A stretch of DNA of 36,504 nt from Thermoleophilia bacterium. Lineage in GTDB: Bacteria; Actinomycetota; Thermoleophilia; Gaiellales; F1-60-MAGs149. Shown piece after piece: positions 24,750 through 31,308 of the stretch; position 1 is the stretch's first letter, and every line of letters begins with the position of its first letter. Where the stretch lies: contig JAEMTW010000001.1 of the NCBI GenBank assembly GCA_016462095.1, positions 6,536-43,039 on the forward strand. Direction: 5' to 3'. Both the position numbers and the translations under genes were made by a program. Below the pieces are notes generated by a model. That model had not been told where the DNA came from and did not search any database. It saw only the letters and a program-made list of their open reading frames with translations.

Positions 24750-25912
24750 CCGAACAGACAGACGCAGCAGGCTCTGAGGGCCTTCGCTTGACGGCATTTG
24801 ACGCGATTCAGCGTCGCCAGGGTGGCAATTTTGCGGAGTGGGAAGGCTGGGACTGGATCTCGGACTTCGGTGATCCGCTCGCTGAGCATCACGCTGTTCG
24901 TACTGCGGTTGCCATCTGGGACGAGTCGCCGCTTCAGAAGTGGATTTTTCGCGGCAACGATGCCACCAAGGCTGTCGATTACTGCTTTGCTAATGATATG
25001 TCCGCGTTGGCCGTTGGCCAGGCGCGTTATTCGTGCTTCCTTGACGAGAACGGTCGCATGCTTGGTGATGGCGTTGTCTTTAATACGGGCGATGACGCCG
25101 GTGCCGGCATCCTCGTCGTAACCGCGCTACCGACCGATGTCGACCATTTTCGCCGCGTCTCCGAGCAGCAGGGTTTTGACGTTGAGGTGCTCGACCGGAC
25201 GGAGAAGTGGCCGCACGTGCAGGTGCAGGGGCCGAAATCGCGCGATCTCGTCAATGCGCTGACCGACTTCGATGTCGACTCACTGAAGTACTTCCGCTTC
25301 ACGACGGAGTCGATCACGATCGCTGGCATCGAGGGTTGCTACCTGGCGCGCGCCGGCTATTCGGGCGAGCTCGGCTATGAGATCTATGTCCCGAAGGCCA
25401 GTGCCGAGGCGCTGTGGGAGGCACTGCTGGCAGCGGGCGCGGCGCATGGCATCCTCCCGTACGGTCTTGCTGCTGTCGAGTCGCTGCGCATCGAGTCGGG
25501 TCTGATCTTCATTGGTTACGACTACTTCCCGGGTGAGACCTCGCCGTTCCACATGAATCTGGATCGGACGATCAGTCTGGATACGGGCGACTTCCTCGGT
25601 AAACAGGCACTTGTGGACGAGTTGGCGGCGGGCGTCACCCATCGCCTCACGACGCTGGTCGTCGCGGGCGAGGAGGCGCCGGACTACGGTGCTGAGGTCT
25701 TCGTTGACGGGCGTAATGTTGGCACGCTGCTGTCGCCGTCCGCGGGGAGTTCGCCGAGTGTCGATCTCGTGATTGGCATGGCATGCATCGAGGCAGACCT
25801 CGTCGCATCCGGTACTCGTGTTCAGGTTGCACTCCCTGACTCAAGCCTCGCCGAAGCCACGACCGATGCGTACCCGATCTACGACTCGGAGAAAAAGCGA
25901 CCACGGTCGTGA
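23613..25912 (+). repeat. Tandem direct duplication of a roughly 1.14-kb GcvT-family coding unit (23613-24749 and 24776-25912; period 1163 bp)
   Basis: The two copies align without gaps at a constant offset of 1163 nt from GAGGG..CTTCGC to the stop codons. The proteins align without gaps over 373 aa, with 42 of the first 50 aligned residues identical. Both end in ...KKRPRS*. Confidence 0.9.
24746..25912 (+). CDS. Aminomethyltransferase-family (GcvT/DmdA-like, folate-dependent) protein, stand-alone paralog
   Basis: Same motifs as the C-terminal part of the upstream gene. The ATG at 24746 overlaps the upstream TGA as ATGA, with GAAGAGG 8 nt upstream. Confidence 0.9.
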   Translation: MTEQTDAAGSEGLRLTAFDAIQRRQGGNFAEWEGWDWISDFGDPLAEHHAVRTAVAIWDESPLQKWIFRGNDATKAVDYCFANDMSALAVGQARYSCFLDENGRMLGDGVVFNTGDDAGAGILVVTALPTDVDHFRRVSEQQGFDVEVLDRTEKWPHVQVQGPKSRDLVNALTDFDVDSLKYFRFTTESITIAGIEGCYLARAGYSGELGYEIYVPKASAEALWEALLAAGAAHGILPYGLAAVESLRIESGLIFIGYDYFPGETSPFHMNLDRTISLDTGDFLGKQALVDELAAGVTHRLTTLVVAGEEAPDYGAEVFVDGRNVGTLLSPSAGSSPSVDLVIGMACIEADLVASGTRVQVALPDSSLAEATTDAYPIYDSEKKRPRS

Positions 25913-26673
25913 CCTTGGTCAGGGCCTGGAGCGTCGACTCGGCTGGACCAATCGGAGTCGTCGCAGAGGGCTGGGAGGGGGTGCGTGGAGCAGAGCTCTT
26001 GCGCGCCCAGTTGCCGAAGGAGGATCTGGTCGTGGTCGCCGACCACGCCTTTGCGCCGTACGCGAAACGGCGGCCCGATCAGATCGTGCAGCGGGTGCAG
26101 GACCTCGCCGTGGGTCTCCTTGACGAGGGCGCTAAGGCGTTGCTTCTCGCGAGCGGCTTTGCCTCGTTCGAGGCGCGCCCCGAAACTGAGGGCATCACTC
26201 TACGTGGCCTCGAGTGTGGCCTGCGCGCGGCACTTGCCGAGGCCCAGGGGCGTCCCGTCGTAGCGGTCTTCTCATCGGCCGAGGTCAAGCCGATGGTGCT
26301 CGCCAAGACGATTCGTACGCTGCGCGGTGGAGGCAGCGTGACGCTGATCGAGCGTGGCGAAGATACCGTCACCGAACTGCTTGCTCGCCTGCGCGGCCAT
26401 GCGCCTGAGGTCGCAGTGCTCCTGCTCTTGACGCCGAGCGCCTACGCCGACACCGAAGCGGTGCGCGCAGAGGCCGGCACCCTCGTCGTGATCGACGCTC
26501 TCGAGGCGGCCACCGACTTTTTGATCCACGACATTCGACGGCACCAACTGCTTGCCCACCACGGCGAGCGTTCGGGTCGCATTACGGCCTACGCCACGCG
26601 GGGTGGCACGACGGGCAGCTCGCGTGAGCCACTCTCAACGGCGTCGGTGGCAGCACTCCAGCGGCGCAGATAG
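25909..26673 (+). CDS. Glutamate-racemase (MurI / Asp-Glu racemase)-like protein with substituted catalytic motifs
   Basis: Collinear by eye with MurI: IGVVAEGWEG (MurI: IGVFDSGVGG), VVVADHAFAPYA (GDxxxxPYG), KALLLASGFAS (ACN[ST]AS, catalytic Cys), VLLLLTPSAY (GCTHYP, second Cys). The GTG at 25909 overlaps the GcvT stop as GTGA. G/C-rich third positions support coding. Confidence 0.6.
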   Translation: MTLVRAWSVDSAGPIGVVAEGWEGVRGAELLRAQLPKEDLVVVADHAFAPYAKRRPDQIVQRVQDLAVGLLDEGAKALLLASGFASFEARPETEGITLRGLECGLRAALAEAQGRPVVAVFSSAEVKPMVLAKTIRTLRGGGSVTLIERGEDTVTELLARLRGHAPEVAVLLLLTPSAYADTEAVRAEAGTLVVIDALEAATDFLIHDIRRHQLLAHHGERSGRITAYATRGGTTGSSREPLSTASVAALQRRR

Positions 26674-26717
26674 TTAGTTTTGAGACTTATTTTCTCACTA
26701 TAATGTAGTATTTGGGT
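26674..26717 (+). promoter_or_regulatory. Strongly A/T-rich intergenic promoter region with an exact TATAAT (26699-26704)
   Basis: The sequence tagttagttttgagacttattttctcacTATAATgtagtatttgggt ATG stands out from the GC-rich flanks. TATAAT ends 13 nt before the ATG at 26718, so the leader would be very short. -35 candidates: TTGAGA (26680-85) has only a 13-nt spacer, and TTAGTT/TAGTTT give 18-19 nt. The imperfect inverted repeat ACTAtaatgTAGT overlaps the -10. Confidence 0.5.
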
Positions 26718-27431
26718 ATGAATACCGCTGCCCGCGACACTGCACTCCACGCGCTGGTCTCCGTGGAGCGCCTGCTTCGGCGCGCCGATCCCGCTGCGGT
26801 GCCCGATCTGCTCCAGGTGCGTGCCGCCTTCGAGTCGACGGCAGGTCGCACGGTCACCCGCGGTCGTGCCGCGCGTTTACTTGCACTCACGCAGACGAGT
26901 GTCGATCGGTGGATTGTCGATGGAGCGATTCCAACCGTGATCGACGTCGATGGGCGCACGATGGTGCCGACGCGCGAACTCATACGGTTACGCGTGGAGA
27001 TGGATGAGGAGCGCCGCCGCGGCATCCAGCGACCGCTCGGTATCGTCGTGCGGCGGCGGCGAGCGGTGGCCTCCGCACTACCGATCGCGGAACTTCTGCC
27101 CGTGGCGTCGGAGTCGGATCGAGGACATCGGCAAGCCGAGATTGCCGACTTGGCGGTGCATCGTCTGATTGGGCGTGGGCTGACTCCGCTCCAGATTGCG
27201 ATCGCGCGCTGGCAACTTGAGCAGGCTCATGAGAGTGGTCGTCTTCACCCATCGTGGTATGCGGCATGGCAATCGGTGTTCGATGCCGGCGCCGATCGGG
27301 TCCGCGAGGTTCTGACAGAGGATTCACCTGCTGCGGCGTCGCTCCGGCAGACGTCGCCCTTCAAGGGGCAATTGGGGCATGAAGACCGGCGGCGATTGTT
27401 CGCGGTACTCCACGAGGATGTGACTGCGTGA
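26718..27431 (+). CDS. HTH (excisionase/MerR-like HTH_17-type) DNA-binding protein with an unrecognised C-terminal domain of about 140 aa; putative antitoxin/regulator
   Basis: VTRGRAARLLALTQTSVDRWIVDGAIPTVIDVDGRTMVPTRELIRL fits the excisionase-type HTH pattern (..LLGVS..TV.RWI..G.LP.....GR..I....L..). The gene has many A/T-ending and rare codons (tta, ata, gga, cca). Its stop overlaps the next start (GTGA). Confidence 0.65.
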   Translation: MNTAARDTALHALVSVERLLRRADPAAVPDLLQVRAAFESTAGRTVTRGRAARLLALTQTSVDRWIVDGAIPTVIDVDGRTMVPTRELIRLRVEMDEERRRGIQRPLGIVVRRRRAVASALPIAELLPVASESDRGHRQAEIADLAVHRLIGRGLTPLQIAIARWQLEQAHESGRLHPSWYAAWQSVFDAGADRVREVLTEDSPAAASLRQTSPFKGQLGHEDRRRLFAVLHEDVTA

Positions 27432-27961
27432 AACGCGCCGAATTTGAGCATGTCATTCGTGCTGCTGTTGCCATTGTTCACGACGAGTTGATCGTCGTCG
27501 GGAGTCAGGCAATTCTTGCGAGATACCCAGATGCGCCAAGCGATCTTTTGGTATCGGACGAGCTTGATATGTATCCACGAACGCACCCCGAACGGGCGAT
27601 CGACCTTGATGCGCTGATCGGTGCGGGATCACAGTTCGAGGAGACGTTCGGCTACCGAGCGCATGGCGTCGCACCAGAGACGAGCACGCTTCCTGAGGGA
27701 TGGGAGCAGCGATTGGTACGGGTTGAAGTGGAAAGTATCGATGGTGGTATGGCCGTGGCATGGGCTCTTGAACCACACGATCTTGTCCTCGCAAAACTTG
27801 CGGCGGGACGCCAGCAGGACTACGACTTCGCGGTTGGAGCCCTACGTGCGAATCTCGTCGAACGTTTGGAACTGGTGCGTCGTTGCGAGGGGCTCGGGAT
27901 TGCCATTCGCAATGACGTGCGTCGCCGTGTTGAGGGGGTGACGGTGCGCGCTGGCAGCTAG
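27428..27961 (+). CDS. Minimal nucleotidyltransferase-fold protein (DUF6036-like / MNT-AbiEii-like); putative toxin or effector
   Basis: Pol-beta NTase-type signature: LIVVGSQAIL (hG[GS]) followed by VSDELDMY ([DE]hDh). Small size (177 aa). Third positions are clearly less G/C-biased than in the neighbours. It is translationally coupled to the HTH gene. Confidence 0.6.
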   Translation: MKRAEFEHVIRAAVAIVHDELIVVGSQAILARYPDAPSDLLVSDELDMYPRTHPERAIDLDALIGAGSQFEETFGYRAHGVAPETSTLPEGWEQRLVRVEVESIDGGMAVAWALEPHDLVLAKLAAGRQQDYDFAVGALRANLVERLELVRRCEGLGIAIRNDVRRRVEGVTVRAGS

Positions 27962-28782
27962 GACGCGAGTCCTAGCCCGGTCACCGCAATCAGCGTCACC
28001 GCAATACCGATGTACTGGTTGACAAATAGCCGCTCGCGCATGCCGAAAATCCCAATCAACGCAGCGGCCGTGCCCCACTGGGTGGCGGTGACCGACGCGA
28101 CCGACAGCGGACCAATCGAGGCGGCGAAGGCGAAGCAAACGAAGCCAACGGCGTCGAGCAGTCCACACCAGATAATCGGGTACACGTTGACGCGGCTCGG
28201 TAGCTGACGGACGAGGAGAAAAGCCGGCAAGATCACGAGCACGCTCGTTGCTCGTGTGATGCCAACCGTAGTCAGGTCGGGCAGCTCGGATTGGCCGAGC
28301 GCGATCAGGACGCCGGCATAGGCAACGGCCGCCAGGATCGCTTCGGGGGCACCGGCCGCAGTGCGGCGTCCCGGCTCCAACGCGACAAGCACAGCACCGA
28401 TTACCGCCACGACAATCAACGCGTACATCAGCATGGATGGGCGCTCGCCGAGCGCGATCGAGAAGATCGTTGCGACGCCGCCTTCCAACGCGATGATGGG
28501 GGCGATCACGCTCAGGCTGCCCTTGCGCAAGGCACGCAGGAGCAGAAAGAACCCAACATCAGCGAGCACACCGGCGGCGACAGGCCAGGCGAGGGCCTCG
28601 ATGGTCCAGGGGCCCTCAAGGTGGTCGACGATCAGGGCGAGCGGTAACACCGCAGCCGTCGTCACGATCAGCACCCAGAACATGATCACCGCCGGCTTGG
28701 TCTTGGTGCGGGTGACCTGCTGGGTGAAGACGTTTGCAAACGCCCAGGCGAACGCAGTTACAAGTCCGAAGAGTACGGTCAC
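27958..28782 (-). CDS. EamA/DMT-superfamily transporter (paralog 1)
   Basis: About ten hydrophobic helices in two EamA-like halves (e.g. LSVIAPIIALEGGVATIFSIALGERPS; VASVTATQWGTAAALIGIFGMRERL). It starts 1 nt after the stop of paralog 2. Confidence 0.85.
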   Translation of the reverse strand: MTVLFGLVTAFAWAFANVFTQQVTRTKTKPAVIMFWVLIVTTAAVLPLALIVDHLEGPWTIEALAWPVAAGVLADVGFFLLLRALRKGSLSVIAPIIALEGGVATIFSIALGERPSMLMYALIVVAVIGAVLVALEPGRRTAAGAPEAILAAVAYAGVLIALGQSELPDLTTVGITRATSVLVILPAFLLVRQLPSRVNVYPIIWCGLLDAVGFVCFAFAASIGPLSVASVTATQWGTAAALIGIFGMRERLFVNQYIGIAVTLIAVTGLGLAS

Positions 28783-28783
28783 G

Positions 28784-29605
28784 CTAGATCAGCAATCCAA
28801 GGCCCGTGACCGCGAGCATCGTGACGGCGATCCCAACGTATTGGTTGATGTGCAATCGCTCGCGTAGAAAGAAGATGCCGATCAGTGCTGCTGCCGAGGC
28901 CCATTGGGCCGACGTGACGGAGGCCACAGTCAACGGCCCAAGCGAGGCGGCGATGGCGAAGGCTGCGAAGCCAACCGCGTCGAGCGTGCCAGCGGCGAGG
29001 AGCGGTTTGATGGCCGGGCGTGGCGGCAGTTGACGCACCATCAGAAACAAGGGAATCGCAGTCAGGAGGCTCGCGACGCGCGCAATCCCAGCCGAGGTCA
29101 TTGCCGGTTGCTCCGTGTGCCCCATGGCCACGAGCATGACTGCGTAGACGAATGCTGCAAGCACGGCCCAACCGGCACCCTTCGCCGTCCGTCGCCCTGG
29201 TTCGATTGAGACGAGCACGGCACCAACGGCGGCAAGCGCGAGTAGCGCGATCGTCGCGGGCGAGGGGCGCTCACCAAGCACGACCGCGACGGCTGCCGCG
29301 AGTCCACCCTCGATTGCGATGATCGGCGCCACGACGCTGATGCTGCCGACCTTCATCGCCTTCACCATCAGCAAAAAGCCGATGTTGCCTGCGATGCCGG
29401 CCAGCGCGGGGGGACCGAGCGCTTGAAGGTTGAACGGACCCTGTAAGCCATCGACGATCAACGCAACCGGGACGACCACGCACGTGCTGATCAACACGAT
29501 CACGACGAGCATCAAGCGGAGATCCACGAGTCGGGACGACTTTTGGACGAAGACGCTCGCGAACGCCCACGTGAACGCTGCCGACAGTCCGAGTAGGACT
29601 GTCAC
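28784..29605 (-). CDS. EamA/DMT-superfamily transporter (paralog 2)
   Basis: Collinear with paralog 1 (MTVLLGLSAAFTWAFASVF vs MTVLFGLVTAFAWAFANVF; ISVVAPIIAIEGGLAAAVAVVLGERPS). Roughly half the residues are identical by eye. It starts 9 nt after the MttB-family stop. Confidence 0.85.
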   Translation of the reverse strand: MTVLLGLSAAFTWAFASVFVQKSSRLVDLRLMLVVIVLISTCVVVPVALIVDGLQGPFNLQALGPPALAGIAGNIGFLLMVKAMKVGSISVVAPIIAIEGGLAAAVAVVLGERPSPATIALLALAAVGAVLVSIEPGRRTAKGAGWAVLAAFVYAVMLVAMGHTEQPAMTSAGIARVASLLTAIPLFLMVRQLPPRPAIKPLLAAGTLDAVGFAAFAIAASLGPLTVASVTSAQWASAAALIGIFFLRERLHINQYVGIAVTMLAVTGLGLLI

Positions 29606-29614
29606 TGGGTCAAC

Positions 29615-31060
29615 CTAGTCACCCAGTTCGATGCGACGACGATCGGTGTAGGCCTTCAGCTCGGCGTGCAGATCGGGGTCGAGCTCGGGTGCCTCCCACG
29701 ATTCCTGCAGCTCATCCCACTTGGCGAGTGCGCGCTTCGTCGCGTCGGGTCGCTCCTTCTTCGTCCAGGCCGAATAGTTATCGGTCGTCCAGACTTCGGG
29801 GCGATAGAAGCAGTCGCGGAACCGCTCGAGGGTATGAGCGGCGCCGAAGAAGTGGCCGCCGTGGCCGACTTCCTCGTGGGCTCCGAAGGCGAGCGTGTCG
29901 TCACTAAATTCGACGGGAGTGAACTGCGCGATCATCTGGCGCAGCATCTCCGTGTCCATCGCGACCTTCGAGAAGGAGTGGACGAGTCCGCCCTCGAGCC
30001 AGCCCGTGCAGTGCAACTGGAGGTTGGCACCAGCGAGGAACGACGGCAACATCGTGTTGAGCGATTCGAAGGCCGACTGGCCATCGACGGCGGGGCTCGC
30101 ATTGAGGCCGCCACCGCCGGCGCGCCAGAGGACGTTGTGGCGGCGTGCGATCTGGCCCGTGGCGAGGATGCCCAAGGCGGCCTCGGGACCACCGAAGCCA
30201 GGCGAGCCGGACTTCATATCCGTGTTCGAAACGAAGGAACCCATAATCGCGGGGCAGCCAGGGCGGATCGCCTGCACGAGCGCGATGCCTGCCAGCGACT
30301 CGGCGGTCTGCTGAGCGAGGGCGGCCGGCAGTGAGACGGGACCCATCGCGCCCATCAGGATGAAGGGTGTGATGTTGACGATCTGGTTGCGCTCGGCCAA
30401 CAGCCAGAGCGACTCCAGCATGCGCGTATCGAAGACGAGTGGCGAGTTGGCGTTGATCGTGCCGAAGACGCCGGGGTTCTGCTCGAGCACGTCGAAGCCA
30501 CCAAGCGCGAGCTGGGCCATCGCGATCGAGTCGATCACGCCGTTGACGTGGATCTGTGCGGCGCCAACTGCGAGGTCGGTGTTCTCGTACATGGCGAGCT
30601 GCAGGTCGAGGTGGCGCGAGTCGAGGGGCTTGTCATTGCACTCGATAATCGGGTAGCCCGGGGTATCGATCTCGGGCGTCATCTGGGCAGCACGCAGCAA
30701 CTTGACGGCGTCGGCGAGCGTGCCGTCGCGACGTGGCGTTACGCCGTCATCAACGAACGGCATTGACTGGCCGGTACAGAAGACCATGTTGTCCTTGCCA
30801 AACTGGACGTTCTTCTCGGGGTTGCGCGACAGGAGGGTGAACTCGGTCGGCGTCGTCTTGATGCGCTCCAGCAGCCAATCCGGATCGAAGAAGACGACTT
30901 CGCCCTCAACCCGTTGGCCCTCACGCTTGAACAGCTCGAGCGACGGCTCGTGCATAAACGTGATGCCGAGCTCGGAGACAAGGCGCTTCCAGCCGCGGTC
31001 GATGGTATCGAGCGCGTCTTCCGAGAGTGGTTCAAAGCGTGGAGTGCGATTGACGAACAC
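29615..31060 (-). CDS. MttB-superfamily (trimethylamine methyltransferase family) protein, non-pyrrolysine member
   Basis: Family-typical N-terminus (RFEPLSEDALDTIDRGWKRLVSELGI.F) and TIM-barrel core (NANSPLVFD, MGAMGPVSLPAALAQQTAESLAGIAL, GGLNASP). There is no in-frame TAG. I place the start at GTG 31060, with SD GGAAGGA 6 nt upstream. The track start at 31240 adds 60 Arg/Gly/Ser-rich residues. Confidence 0.85.
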   Translation of the reverse strand: MFVNRTPRFEPLSEDALDTIDRGWKRLVSELGITFMHEPSLELFKREGQRVEGEVVFFDPDWLLERIKTTPTEFTLLSRNPEKNVQFGKDNMVFCTGQSMPFVDDGVTPRRDGTLADAVKLLRAAQMTPEIDTPGYPIIECNDKPLDSRHLDLQLAMYENTDLAVGAAQIHVNGVIDSIAMAQLALGGFDVLEQNPGVFGTINANSPLVFDTRMLESLWLLAERNQIVNITPFILMGAMGPVSLPAALAQQTAESLAGIALVQAIRPGCPAIMGSFVSNTDMKSGSPGFGGPEAALGILATGQIARRHNVLWRAGGGGLNASPAVDGQSAFESLNTMLPSFLAGANLQLHCTGWLEGGLVHSFSKVAMDTEMLRQMIAQFTPVEFSDDTLAFGAHEEVGHGGHFFGAAHTLERFRDCFYRPEVWTTDNYSAWTKKERPDATKRALAKWDELQESWEAPELDPDLHAELKAYTDRRRIELGD

Positions 31061-31308
31061 GTGAGGTCCTTCCCTAGTCCCGTAAATATGGCAGGCGGCG
31101 GGCTTGAGCGCGCTCCGCACCCAACCCGAGCGAGGCAGAGAGACACCTCCTGATTCAGCAACTACTCGGCGCGATCCGTCTGTCGACTTAGCGTCGTCAC
31201 GATGGGCGCCCGCATGGAATCCAGTTCGGCGTAGTGTCACCGCCCCGCGCGAGGGTCTTGTGCATTGTCTTCACGAGCCGCTAGACTGCGCCGCCCGCTG
31301 CTAACCGA

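Noticed and set aside
27210-27233. HEPN-type Rx4-6H motif in the HTH protein (RWQLEQAH)
   Set aside because: A single R-x6-H string without the surrounding HEPN helical pattern or the usual RN..H.Y context is not sufficient. It is noted only as a hint to test by profile or structure search.
29615-31060. Pyrrolysine (in-frame TAG) in the MttB-family gene
   Set aside because: The reading frame has no internal TAG, and no pyl genes are present. It is a non-Pyl family member.
31061-31308. c-di-AMP (ydaO-type) riboswitch upstream of kup
   Set aside because: Only short, mis-ordered matches to remembered consensus elements are present, with no GGGGA-type cores in the right places. I cannot support the call without a covariance-model search, so it is kept only as a low-interest item to scan.
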